Notes: generated from the sequence alone by a model not told the origin. 64,000 bases of DNA from an uncultured Bacilli bacterium (GCA_934096805.1 CAKOMW010000001.1:371712-435711), one strand, 5' to 3'. Counted from the stretch's first letter, positions 10,537 through 20,074 are shown. Made by a program: numbers and translations.

Positions 10537-11151
10537 ATGAATTTAGAGAGATGTTTTAATCCAAATGGTAATGTTGATGATATTAATAAAGTTAATTGTT
10601 TTTATATAGGTGTTCCTGGGACAAGGGGACAAAAAGGCGAAAAAGGAGATGTTGGTCCAAAGGGAGATAAAGGTGATATTGGACCTCAAGGTGAGAAAGG
10701 TGAAAAAGGTGATGCTGGAGAGTTAGTGCCTTCTTCGACTGAGGCTATGTTTGCGACTGGTTTTGTTGATAAAGATGATAATGGGGTAATGGAGTTTGAT
10801 ACGCCATGGCTTATACCCAGTGATTCTGCAATTTTTAAAAATGTGAGTAATACAGGAGTTGGAATTGTTTCTGGTATTTATGAGATTGTTGTGTCTGGTT
10901 TGATAAGAGAAGCTGATGACACACATGGGGCGGAGGTTTATCTTGCTAATAGTGAGGGCTCGGCAATTAAGGATTTAACCTTTGAACTAAAAGCAGGTTA
11001 TGGAAAACAAATGTATTTTTCGAAGAGCATTGCTTTTAGGTTTGAAAGTGATACGATTTTAAGTTTGAATGTTAATTTACTTGGTGATTTGGGGACTTCA
11101 AGTGTTGTTGTTGAAAATGTTAATTTAGTTATGAAGAAGATTCATGAATAG
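10537..11151 (+). CDS. Collagen-like triple-helix repeat protein with a BclA/C1q-like C-terminal domain
   Basis: Twelve GXY triplets (GVPGTRGQKGEKGDVGPKGDKGDIGPQGEKGEKGDAGE) followed by a ~150 aa beta-rich domain. An AGGAGGTG RBS precedes the ATG at 10537; the ORF track starts earlier at 10462. Confidence 0.6.
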   Translation: MNLERCFNPNGNVDDINKVNCFYIGVPGTRGQKGEKGDVGPKGDKGDIGPQGEKGEKGDAGELVPSSTEAMFATGFVDKDDNGVMEFDTPWLIPSDSAIFKNVSNTGVGIVSGIYEIVVSGLIREADDTHGAEVYLANSEGSAIKDLTFELKAGYGKQMYFSKSIAFRFESDTILSLNVNLLGDLGTSSVVVENVNLVMKKIHE

Positions 11152-11736
11152 AATGTTTTAAAGAAATTAATTAAAATTACTTGTATAAAGATTAAATAGG
11201 TAGTATATTATATATAAAGAAGCACGTTCTTTAAACGTCGATTTCATGTGTATACAAGTTGCGACGTTTCTCTATATCAGAGAGACGTCGCTTTAGTTAT
11301 TAATTAAACATTTAGATTAATCTATAGATGATAATTAATAAAAAAAGGATTATAATAAGCAGAATGCTAATCAAGTCGTTTTTTTTACTCATTATACATC
11401 ACCTCGCTTTCATAGAAAGTGAAGCCGACGCCCAAAGATACGTGCATGATACAAGTATAAAGTATATGAATACACAATGCAAATGAGTAAAAATGGCATT
11501 TGGTATAAAAAATAGTATTCAATTTTAAAAATTGTCTTAGGGAAAAATAACTTTTGATATAAAAGGGGATACTAAAAAGTATTATTTTGTATAAATTGAA
11601 AAAAATTCTTGAAAAAGAAGTTTTTTTGTTATAGAATTAACTTATAAGAAACTAAGAGAGGAGGAAGAAATTTTGTAATAAACATACATATGTTTGTGAA
11701 ATTTCTGAATTTTTTATGATAAACAAATATTCGTCT

Positions 11737-11747
11737 GGGGGGGGGGG
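11737..11747 (+). repeat. Homopolymeric G11 tract (candidate slipped-strand phase-variation switch)
   Basis: Eleven consecutive G in an otherwise ~28% GC region. It lies between an upstream ATG (11716) and the body of the 11792 surface-protein ORF. Confidence 0.9.
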
Positions 11748-11791
11748 TCAATACTACTAACCCTATAAATAAAAAAAGAAAGGTATTATAT

Positions 11792-13318
11792 TTGATAGCT
11801 TTATCAATGTTTAGTATAGGGATAATAACACTAAGCACTTATGCGTTATATAATAGTGAGTTAGTGACAGGTGAAAACACTATAAAATCAGGACAGGTAA
11901 AAATGAGTTATACTGAAGTAAATGAATTGGCTTTAAATAATGCGTTACCTATGAAAGATGAAGAAGGGAAAAATCTTAATGATTACTTTGATTTTACTGT
12001 GTCATCATGGATAAAAACAAATGCTAATGATAGTACAGAAAGAAAATTAAATTATAATATAGTAATAGAAATGATATCAATGTATATTAATGGAATGGAA
12101 ATACAAGAAGGAAATGATTATTATGTCCCAGGAAAACTTTTATCAGATTATATGTATAAAGTGTATTTAACTACTTTAGATGATAATGGTAATGAAACAG
12201 AAATAACAGAACCAATGACAATTGAAGAGTTAAATAATTATATTATTAAGTCTCAAGAAGAAACATTTAAAAATGGTAAAGCTCAAGTAGATACAAAATA
12301 TAGACTAAGGATATGGGTAGACTATAATTATGATGTAAATATATATAAAACTTTTAATGAAAATGACAATGGATTTACCGTAGATAGTGTAGGCTATAAA
12401 TTTAGAGTAAATGTAAATACAAATAAGATAGAACAACAAGAAATGATACCAATACTTAATATTCCATTGGGAAAAGATAAAACAATAAAAGTAACTCATG
12501 AAATAGATGATACTTTACAAGTAGATAATAAGTTTGCAACAGAATATAGATATACAGGTAAGAATCCTAATAATTATGTTTTATTTAATAATGAATTATG
12601 GAGAATAATAGGAGTAATACCTACTGAAGATACTTCTGGTAATGTAGAAAATAGATTAAAAATAATAAGAACTGAATCGATAGGAAATAAGAAATGGAAT
12701 AGTTGTGAATATACTGTCAAAAATTCTATTTATACTTGCAATGATTCTGGTAAATATTTAAATGATTGGACTGGTGCAACTTTAAATACATATTTAAATA
12801 ATGATTATTATAATACATTAACAAGTGATGCCAAAAACATGATAGGAACAACAAAGTATTATCTTGGAGGATATAGTGGTATAAATATAACATCTGATGT
12901 AATGTGGCAATATGAAAGAAAGAATGATACAAATAGAACAGAATATTATTATGGAACAAACCCAGTAATGCAAAATGATGCATCAAAAAAGATAGCGCTA
13001 ATGTATGCAAGCGATTATGGATATGCTTCAAGTAATGTATGTAAATCTGTCGTTACCAGCATAGGAGCATATGATTCATCTTTTTGCACCTCAACAAATT
13101 GGTTATATTCTGGTTCTGATGAATGGTTACTTCCGCAGAGTTCAGGCGATTCCAGCTATGCTTTCAGTGTGGATTCGACTAACGGTGTCGATAACTACTA
13201 CAACCTAGTCTACATAGACGAGTATACGGTCCGCCCAGTCCTTTATCTGTCATCTAACGTAAAGATTTCAGGTGGAAATGGGACTTCGGAACAACCATAT
13301 CAACTTAGTATCAGTTGA
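11792..13318 (+). CDS. Secreted surface protein, paralog A: TasA/SipW-type N-terminal signal region plus C-terminal DUF1566/Lcl-like C-type-lectin-fold domain. A-rich foreign composition.
   Basis: N-terminal LSTYALYNSELVTGENTIKSGQV resembles the TasA/camelysin AFNDIKS...GTLDL region. The C-terminus ends ...EWLLPQSS...YTVRPVLYL (DUF1566-like). The last ~40 codons switch to NNC codons. The TTG start at 11792 is the ORF-track call; an alternative ATG at 11716 becomes in-frame with G10. Confidence 0.6.
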   Translation: MIALSMFSIGIITLSTYALYNSELVTGENTIKSGQVKMSYTEVNELALNNALPMKDEEGKNLNDYFDFTVSSWIKTNANDSTERKLNYNIVIEMISMYINGMEIQEGNDYYVPGKLLSDYMYKVYLTTLDDNGNETEITEPMTIEELNNYIIKSQEETFKNGKAQVDTKYRLRIWVDYNYDVNIYKTFNENDNGFTVDSVGYKFRVNVNTNKIEQQEMIPILNIPLGKDKTIKVTHEIDDTLQVDNKFATEYRYTGKNPNNYVLFNNELWRIIGVIPTEDTSGNVENRLKIIRTESIGNKKWNSCEYTVKNSIYTCNDSGKYLNDWTGATLNTYLNNDYYNTLTSDAKNMIGTTKYYLGGYSGINITSDVMWQYERKNDTNRTEYYYGTNPVMQNDASKKIALMYASDYGYASSNVCKSVVTSIGAYDSSFCTSTNWLYSGSDEWLLPQSSGDSSYAFSVDSTNGVDNYYNLVYIDEYTVRPVLYLSSNVKISGGNGTSEQPYQLSIS

Positions 13319-13358
13319 GAGTTTTTGAACGAGTCTGCAAGGTAAAATCTTGCGACGA

Positions 13359-13400
13359 GTAATTGAAGAAGAAGTTTTTTGTTTTCTTCTTTTCTTTTTT
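13359..13400 (+). terminator. Intrinsic terminator downstream of paralog A
   Basis: Stem aagaagaa / ttcttctt with a T-rich tail. Confidence 0.5.
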
Positions 13401-13435
13401 CTTTGTTTATTATATAATGGTGGTGAGGTGATACG

Positions 13436-14194
13436 ATGAGGGCACTTATAACTGGGGCTGGTTCTGGGATTGGTCGAGAAATGGCTATTTATTTGGATAG
13501 TATTTCTTATGAGCTAATACTTGTTGATAAGGATGGTTCTTCTTTGGAAAAGTTGAAGTCTGATTTAAAGAATGATCATAAGTTTATTGTTACTGATCTT
13601 TGTGATTTGAAGAAAGTTAAGGATTTATATATTATTACACGTAAGGATAATATTGATATGCTTATTAATAATGCTGGTTTTGGATTTTATGGTGATTATA
13701 ATTCTTGTGATTTACTTACGGAGCTTGATATGATTAATGTTAATGTTGTTGCTGTTCATGTGCTTACTCGTATGTTTTTAAAGGATATGGTTAAGAAGGA
13801 TAAGGGTTATATTTTGAATGTTGCTTCTAGTGCTGGGTTGCTTCGTGGTGGTCCTTTAATGAGTTGTTATTATGGTACTAAGGGTTATGTTGTTGATTTT
13901 ACGTGTGCTCTTTATGAAGAGCTTCGTAGGAATAAATCTCATGTTGTTGTTTCTTGTTTGTGTCCTGGGCCTGTTAGTACTAATTTTAATAAGGTAGCTG
14001 GTGTTAATTTTAATATTAAGTCTCTTTCTGCTTGTGGTGTTGCTCGTTATGGGCTTAAGAAGATGTATTTGGATAAGAAGCTTATTATTGTTCCTGGTTT
14101 TTGGGTTAGGGTTGGCGTTTTCGTTAGTAGGTTTTTGCCTGTTAAGTGGCTTCTTAGAATAACTTATAATATTCAAAGGAAAAAGGGTAGATAG
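13436..14194 (+). CDS. Short-chain dehydrogenase/reductase (SDR)
   Basis: N-terminal TGAGSGIG Rossmann motif and the NNAG and Y..K catalytic pattern. Confidence 0.75.
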   Translation: MRALITGAGSGIGREMAIYLDSISYELILVDKDGSSLEKLKSDLKNDHKFIVTDLCDLKKVKDLYIITRKDNIDMLINNAGFGFYGDYNSCDLLTELDMINVNVVAVHVLTRMFLKDMVKKDKGYILNVASSAGLLRGGPLMSCYYGTKGYVVDFTCALYEELRRNKSHVVVSCLCPGPVSTNFNKVAGVNFNIKSLSACGVARYGLKKMYLDKKLIIVPGFWVRVGVFVSRFLPVKWLLRITYNIQRKKGR

Positions 14195-14195
14195 A

Positions 14196-14948
14196 ATGAA
14201 GTATTTTATTAAATTTTCGTATGATGGCTCTTGTTTTTCTGGTTTTCAAAGACAAAAGGGTCTTAGAACCGTGCAGAGTGTAATGGAAGAGTGTCTTACT
14301 TCTTTGAATAATGGCAATTTTGTTAGTTTATGTGCTTCTGGTAGAACTGATAAGGGGGTTCATGCTAGAGGGCAGTGTGCCCATTTTTGTCTTGATGTTG
14401 ATGTTAAGTTATATAATTTAAAAAAATATCTTAATAAGTGTTTTAATGGAGAAATATATGTATTGGATGTTTTTTTGGTTGATGATGGTTTTCATGCTAG
14501 GTATGATGTTTTGTCTAAGACTTATTGTTATTATATAAATATGGGAGAATTTAATCCTTGTATGAGAAATTATGTTCTTCAGTATAATAGAGCTTTGGAT
14601 GTTTCTTTGATGAAAGAGGCTTCTTTGGTATTTTTAGGAGAACATGATTTTAGAAGTTTTTGTTTTGATTCTAAAAGTCAGGATAATTGTGTTAGGACTA
14701 TTTATGATGTAAATATAAGTGTCAATGATTGTATAGTCGAGATTAGGTTTACAGGTAATGGTTTTCTTAGAAAAATGGTGAGAAATATGGTTTCTGTGCT
14801 TCTTTTGGTTGGCTCTGGAAAGATTAATTGTTCTGATGTTGTTAGTATACTTGAATGTCAAGAAAAGTCGTATAATGTCAAATGCGTGTCTTCTTGTGGA
14901 CTTTATCTTGACAATGTAGTTTACGGTGGTGAATTTGATGAGTTATAG
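14196..14948 (+). CDS. truA: tRNA pseudouridine(38-40) synthase TruA
   Basis: YDGSCFSGFQRQ and the GRTDKGVHA catalytic Asp motif. Confidence 0.8.
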   Translation: MKYFIKFSYDGSCFSGFQRQKGLRTVQSVMEECLTSLNNGNFVSLCASGRTDKGVHARGQCAHFCLDVDVKLYNLKKYLNKCFNGEIYVLDVFLVDDGFHARYDVLSKTYCYYINMGEFNPCMRNYVLQYNRALDVSLMKEASLVFLGEHDFRSFCFDSKSQDNCVRTIYDVNISVNDCIVEIRFTGNGFLRKMVRNMVSVLLLVGSGKINCSDVVSILECQEKSYNVKCVSSCGLYLDNVVYGGEFDEL

Positions 14949-15693
14949 GTTTTCTTCTGATACTCTTATTCATTCTTGTGGGTTTAATTTGTATTCTTTT
15001 TATAATATTTTAAAGAACGGGATTATGTCTTATTCTTATGCAAAAGAGAATGGGTTTGTTGTTGATAGAAATTATTATGGTTCTAATTTGGATGATATGA
15101 TTTCTTGTGTTAGATATTTGTATGTTAATGATTCTATAGAGGATGGCGCTTATAATGCTCATGTGAAGAATGGACTTTCTTTTATTTTGGAGGATGTTTC
15201 TTTTGTTTATGACAAAGGTGATAGATTTATTCATCGTTATGATGAAGTTTTGGTTAAGGATTATATTGATGTTTCTAGGATTAAAGGAGTTCTTGTTCCT
15301 GATTTTTATAAAGATTTTGATGTTTGTGATTTAGAGTTTATTAGAAGGGATTCTACTAGTTATTCTTTAATTCTTAGGAATGTTTCTAATATGCTTTCTT
15401 TTATTGGTTCTCTTGGAGGTAGTGTTAATAAGTCATTGTATGATGATTGTTTTAGGGAGCTTTATTATATTAATGAGGCTTTTAGGAATAGTTCTTCTTC
15501 GGATAAAGAGGTTCTTCGTGATGATTTTGTTTGTGTTATTGATGATTTGAATTATTTGATTGGTACTGATTTTGCTAGAGTTTTTAAGAATATTATTGGT
15601 AAGGATGAAGTTTCTCTTATTGATGTTGTTGATTATTTTAGGGGTGATTTACCTATTTATTATTTGGGGAATAGTGTTTCTTTGAAGAAGTAA
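14926..15693 (+). CDS. Hypothetical protein
   Basis: 255 aa ORF with host-like composition and no recognisable motif. The start is uncertain; it overlaps the truA end. Confidence 0.35.
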   Translation: MVNLMSYRFSSDTLIHSCGFNLYSFYNILKNGIMSYSYAKENGFVVDRNYYGSNLDDMISCVRYLYVNDSIEDGAYNAHVKNGLSFILEDVSFVYDKGDRFIHRYDEVLVKDYIDVSRIKGVLVPDFYKDFDVCDLEFIRRDSTSYSLILRNVSNMLSFIGSLGGSVNKSLYDDCFRELYYINEAFRNSSSSDKEVLRDDFVCVIDDLNYLIGTDFARVFKNIIGKDEVSLIDVVDYFRGDLPIYYLGNSVSLKK

Positions 15694-15708
15694 TAATATT
15701 TTCTTTGA

Positions 15709-16185
15709 TTGTTTCGTATACTATTAAGGGTGATTTGTATGAATTATAAAAAGCTTATTGTTAGTATTTTGATTCCTGTTATTCTTGGTAGTTTGATTGG
15801 TGTTCTTATTGATACTTCTTCGTATGGGTATTTGCTTAAACCTGCTTTGTCTCCACCGTCTTGGTTGTTTCCTGTTATGTGGACTGTTCTTTATATTTTG
15901 ATGGGTATTTCTAGTTATTTAGTTTCTAGAGATGCTGGTTCTTCTGATGCACTTTCTGTTTATGGGTTACAACTTTTTGTTAATTTAATGTGGTCTATTA
16001 TATTTTTTGTATTTAATTTTTATTTAGTTTCGTTTGTTTGGCTTTTAATTTTAGATGCTTTGGTTATTTATATGATTTTTAAATTTTATAAGATTAATAG
16101 GGTTTCGGCTTATTTACAGTTTCCTTATTTGATTTGGATATTGTTTGCTAGTTATTTGAATCTTGGTATTTATATTTTGAATTAA
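15709..16185 (+). CDS. tspO: TspO/MBR family tryptophan-rich sensory protein
   Basis: LKPALSPPSWLFPVMWTVLYILMG is the TspO signature. It has 5 TM helices. The likely start is M at 15739. Confidence 0.7.
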   Translation: MFRILLRVICMNYKKLIVSILIPVILGSLIGVLIDTSSYGYLLKPALSPPSWLFPVMWTVLYILMGISSYLVSRDAGSSDALSVYGLQLFVNLMWSIIFFVFNFYLVSFVWLLILDALVIYMIFKFYKINRVSAYLQFPYLIWILFASYLNLGIYILN

Positions 16186-16211
16186 AAAAATAGAGTTTTT
16201 GTTTTATTACT

Positions 16212-16523
16212 CTATTTTTTAATGTTGTTTAATTCTTCTTCAACTTTTTTGATTGTTCTTTTTAAAGTTTCTACATCAATATAGTTTTCTGTGAATGGGT
16301 GACCTCCACTTTTGGTTTGTTTGCTATTTATGTTGATAGTGACACCTTTTATTTTTTCTTCTATATCTTGTTGGATGGCAGCGGTTGTGCATAGAACTTG
16401 TCCAAGTAATACAAACCAGTTTCCTATAGCATTTTGTTCATTGGCTGTTAAGTCGTCTGTTATGGCTAAGGCTATGGCAAAACAAATAGTTGTCCAAAGT
16501 TTGGTGTCGTTAGAGTTTTTCAT
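16212..16523 (-). CDS. Hypothetical small protein
   Basis: 103 aa ORF in host-like orientation. It has an N-terminal hydrophobic segment and a C-terminal coiled coil. Confidence 0.3.
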   Translation of the reverse strand: MKNSNDTKLWTTICFAIALAITDDLTANEQNAIGNWFVLLGQVLCTTAAIQQDIEEKIKGVTININSKQTKSGGHPFTENYIDVETLKRTIKKVEEELNNIKK

Positions 16524-16589
16524 ACTTAATTTTATAAATTTTTCTATATTTTATTAATAATTGTGTTATAATTTTATTATAGGAAGTAG

Positions 16590-16907
16590 GTGTTAAATAT
16601 GGATTTGCTTGTTTTGGTTTTGCTTGTTGTTATTGTTGGTATTTTTTTCCGTGATACTAAGCGTTTGGTTTATTTGATTGGGATACTTGAATTGTTTTTT
16701 AGACTTGTTCATCATATTGGTGATTTGCTTGGAATAGCTGTTTTTAACAATTTTGTTGATAAGTATATTCCTAATTCTATTTTTACTATTATTTCTGGTC
16801 ACACTAATGGGGTGCTTTGTACAGTGCTTTCATTTGTGGTTGTTGGGATATTGGTGATGTTTTTGTTTTATCTTATTAAGTATTTTTTTAAAGCAAAGAA
16901 GTTATAG
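16590..16907 (+). CDS. Hypothetical small membrane protein
   Basis: 105 aa with three predicted TM segments. Confidence 0.3.
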   Translation: MLNMDLLVLVLLVVIVGIFFRDTKRLVYLIGILELFFRLVHHIGDLLGIAVFNNFVDKYIPNSIFTIISGHTNGVLCTVLSFVVVGILVMFLFYLIKYFFKAKKL

Positions 16908-17125
16908 TTTTATTTTGTTTTTTTTGTATATGTATATGATTGTTAGTATGATTAAGGTACCGATTATTGTTATTTCAACGGTGTCTTTTTTTTCTTGGTG
17001 AATTACTTGTTCTACTTCGTTGTAAGCATTTATTGTTAATGGAATAATTAATAATCCTAGGATGGTTAATTTTTTTAATAATTTTTTGATAATATCACTC
17101 TCTTTTCTATTTAATTATATTTTTT

Positions 17126-19459
17126 TTGTTTTTTTTGATGAAAGTTGAGGATTTTTTTTATTTTTTTTGTTTTATATATATGGAGGGTGATATTGTGTTA
17201 GAGGTAAAGAATGTCTTTAAGTGTTATAAAACTGGGAATTTTGTTCAAAGAACTCTGGATAATGTTAGTGTTAAGTTTAGGAGGAGTGAGTTTGTTTCAA
17301 TACTTGGTACTTCTGGTAGCGGAAAGACTACTTTTCTTAATATTCTTGGTGGTTTGGATAATTATGATAGTGGGGATTTGATTATAAATGGGAAGTCTAC
17401 GAAAAGATTTAAGGATAAGAATTGGGATATTTATAGAAATAATTCGGTTGGTTTTATTTTTCAGAATTATAATTTAATTCCTCATATTAGGGTGATTGAT
17501 AATGTTTGTCTTGCAATGACTATTAGTGGTGTTAGCAGAAGGGAGCGTAAAAAGAGGACTCTTGCAGTTTTGTCTAGGGTTGGTCTTTTGAAGCATGCTT
17601 ATAAAAAACCTAGTGAGCTTTCTGGTGGACAGATGCAGAGGGTTGCTATTGCTAGAGCTTTGGTTAATGATCCAGATATTATTTTGGCTGATGAGCCTAC
17701 TGGGGCACTTGATTTTTCAACTAGTTTGCAAATAATGGATTTGATTAAGGAGATTTCTAGAGATAAGCTGGTTATTATGGTTACTCATAATGGTGATATT
17801 GCTAGGAATTATTCTAATAGAATTATTAGGCTTAAAGATGGAAAGATTGTTGATGATAGTAATCCTTATTTTGGTGATTTTGATGGTGTTTATAACTTTC
17901 GTAAAACGTCGATGTCATTTTTTACTGCTCTTAAGTTGTCGTTTGCTAATATTTTTACGAAAAAGAAAAGGACTTTGCTTACTTCGTTTGCTTCTTCGAT
18001 TGGGATAGTTGGTATTGCACTTATTCTTTCTATTTCTAATGGTTTTGGGGAAAAGATTAATGAATTTGAAAGGAATTCTTTGTTGCAGATGCCTATTACT
18101 GTTTCTAATGGGGTTATTGATACTTCAGATTGGTCTGGTAATAATGATTCTTCTTCGATTGGTGAGTATACTAGCAAAAAGATGGTTATTCCTCGTGATG
18201 ATTCTTCTTTTACACATGTTAATAGAATTACTGATGATTATGTTTCTTATATTAATGATATTGATGAGATTTTACTTAGTGGTGTTTCATATCAAAGAGA
18301 TGCTTTTATTAATGTTGTTTATAAAGCCGATGATTCTTATAGATATGTTGATAATAATAGAGATGGAGTTTCTTCTTTTTGGAATGTTTTTCCTGATAAT
18401 TCTTTGAATGGAAGTTTTTTGGATAATTATGATGTTTTGGCAGGCGAAGTTAATGCTGATGTTGCAGGGTTTATTTTGGTTGTTGATGAATACAATCAAG
18501 TTTCTTCTGATGTTCTTAGAGCTCTTGGTTTTTCTACTGATGTTAGTTTTAGTGATATATTGTCTTTAAAGTATCGTGTTGTTTTTAATGATGATTTTTA
18601 TTATGAGAATGATGGTTATTTTTTTGCTTCTTCTGATTATGAGGCTATGTATAATAGTGATAATAGTATTAATGTGTTTATTCAGGCTATTGTTCGTCCG
18701 AAAAAGGGAAGAGAGTTGGTTTCTTCTTCGGGAATTTTTTATACTTCTTCTTTGATTGATAAAGTGATAAGTGTTAATAAAGATTCTTTGATAGTTAAGA
18801 AGCAGAGAGAGTCTTCTTATAGTGTTTTAAGTTTGGATAATTCTTTTTCTTCTTTTAGTAGGAATAATATTCTTTCTTATTTAGGTGATGATGTTACTCC
18901 TTCTGGAATAATGCTTTATCCAAGTGATTTTGATGCAAAGGAGAAGATAGTTTCGTATTTGGATAAGTATAATGATAATAAGAATTTTTCTGATAAGATT
19001 TTTTATACTGATATGGCTTATATGATTAGTTCTCTTTCTGATGGTATAATATCGGCGATTACGATTGTTCTTGTTTCGTTTAGTTCTATTTCTCTTGTGG
19101 TTTCTAGTATTATGATTGGCATTATTACTTATATTAGTGTTTTGGAGCGTACTCGTGAGGTTGGGATACTTCGGGCTCTTGGGGCGAGGAAGAGGGATAT
19201 AACTAGAGTGTTTAATGCTGAAACTTTTATAATTGGTGCTTGTAGTGGGTGTATTGGAATAGGAATTACTGTTTTTTTAAATGTTTTTGTTAATAAAATT
19301 ATTTATAAATTTACGGAGCTTTCTGGTGTTTCTAGGCTTGATTGGTTTCATGCAACTGTGCTTATTATTGTTAGTATTTTTCTTACTTTAATTGGAGGAT
19401 ATATTCCGGCAAGATTGGCTAGTAAAAAGAGCCCAGTTGTGGCTCTTAGGAGTGAATAA
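17126..19459 (+). CDS. ABC transporter with fused ATP-binding and FtsX-type permease domains (MacB family)
   Basis: Walker A GTSGSGKTT, signature LSGGQMQR and Walker B ILADEPT. The C-terminal FtsX domain has 4 TM segments and a large periplasmic loop. The probable true start is GTG ~17195 behind a GGAGGG RBS. Confidence 0.8.
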   Translation: MFFLMKVEDFFYFFCFIYMEGDIVLEVKNVFKCYKTGNFVQRTLDNVSVKFRRSEFVSILGTSGSGKTTFLNILGGLDNYDSGDLIINGKSTKRFKDKNWDIYRNNSVGFIFQNYNLIPHIRVIDNVCLAMTISGVSRRERKKRTLAVLSRVGLLKHAYKKPSELSGGQMQRVAIARALVNDPDIILADEPTGALDFSTSLQIMDLIKEISRDKLVIMVTHNGDIARNYSNRIIRLKDGKIVDDSNPYFGDFDGVYNFRKTSMSFFTALKLSFANIFTKKKRTLLTSFASSIGIVGIALILSISNGFGEKINEFERNSLLQMPITVSNGVIDTSDWSGNNDSSSIGEYTSKKMVIPRDDSSFTHVNRITDDYVSYINDIDEILLSGVSYQRDAFINVVYKADDSYRYVDNNRDGVSSFWNVFPDNSLNGSFLDNYDVLAGEVNADVAGFILVVDEYNQVSSDVLRALGFSTDVSFSDILSLKYRVVFNDDFYYENDGYFFASSDYEAMYNSDNSINVFIQAIVRPKKGRELVSSSGIFYTSSLIDKVISVNKDSLIVKKQRESSYSVLSLDNSFSSFSRNNILSYLGDDVTPSGIMLYPSDFDAKEKIVSYLDKYNDNKNFSDKIFYTDMAYMISSLSDGIISAITIVLVSFSSISLVVSSIMIGIITYISVLERTREVGILRALGARKRDITRVFNAETFIIGACSGCIGIGITVFLNVFVNKIIYKFTELSGVSRLDWFHATVLIIVSIFLTLIGGYIPARLASKKSPVVALRSE

Positions 19460-19489
19460 TTAAAAAATGCAAGTTTTTGTTCTTGCATT

Positions 19490-19990
19490 TTATATGTGTC
19501 TTATTTTTGCTTTTGGTTCTGATGTGACATTGTAAATTTCTTTTAGGGTTTCGGTCATATCTTTGTATATGTTTATAGCTTCTTCATAGTTTTTGTTTTT
19601 GATGTTGTCAATGGCTTGGTGTATTCTTAAGTATAACATGCTGTTTGCAATTATTTTGTTTTGTTCATCTTGGTATAAATTTTTTGATATTTCTGGTCCG
19701 ATTGCGTTGTATTCATCTAGCAGAGGTGTGTATTTTGGATTATTTTTCATTATGGTGTCTCTAAAGTTTCTTAGGGTTTCTAGAATATGACCATGATCTT
19801 CTTGTCCTAAAATATCACACATTGCTGTTGTAAGGTAACAGTTTGATTCTTTTTTGTTTTGGAAGTCGTTGTTACAACTTCTTTCGTCTGGTTTTACGTA
19901 GATGTGTTTTTTTGTACATCTAAATCCTCTCCAATTTTGGTCTTTTTCGTCTAGCCACACACAGTCTGAGCATTCCCATGGATATCCCAT
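19490..19990 (-). CDS. Hypothetical cytoplasmic Cys-rich protein (N-terminal CxxC cluster plus helical domain)
   Basis: 166 aa. Six Cys in the first 60 residues (WECSDCVW...FRC...SC...NC...MC...HGH). Confidence 0.3.
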   Translation of the reverse strand: MGYPWECSDCVWLDEKDQNWRGFRCTKKHIYVKPDERSCNNDFQNKKESNCYLTTAMCDILGQEDHGHILETLRNFRDTIMKNNPKYTPLLDEYNAIGPEISKNLYQDEQNKIIANSMLYLRIHQAIDNIKNKNYEEAINIYKDMTETLKEIYNVTSEPKAKIRHI

Positions 19991-20074
19991 AATATCAATC
20001 CTTTCTTTGTTTCTTGTTTTGATAGTTTAACATATTTTTTTGTTTTTGTAAATATTATTAAGGGGTGATGTTTT

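Noticed and set aside
11152-11791. Possibility that the unusual non-coding region upstream of paralog A is the DGR template repeat
   Set aside because: No segment resembles the C-terminal candidate VR (13141-13260) or that of paralog B. No reverse-transcriptase ORF (YxDD) exists anywhere in the window.
12305-13031. Minus-strand ORFs (64 and 101 aa) within paralog A
   Set aside because: Antisense to the long A-rich CDS, with tyrosine/isoleucine-rich low-complexity translations. Spurious.
16920-17110. Minus-strand reading frame encoding a plausible small signal-peptide protein (…KKLLKKLTILGLLIIPLTINAYNEVEQV…KKNKIKL)
   Set aside because: No ATG/GTG/TTG start codon in frame after the upstream stop. 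It could be a pseudogene or use a rare start, but it cannot be supported as a CDS.
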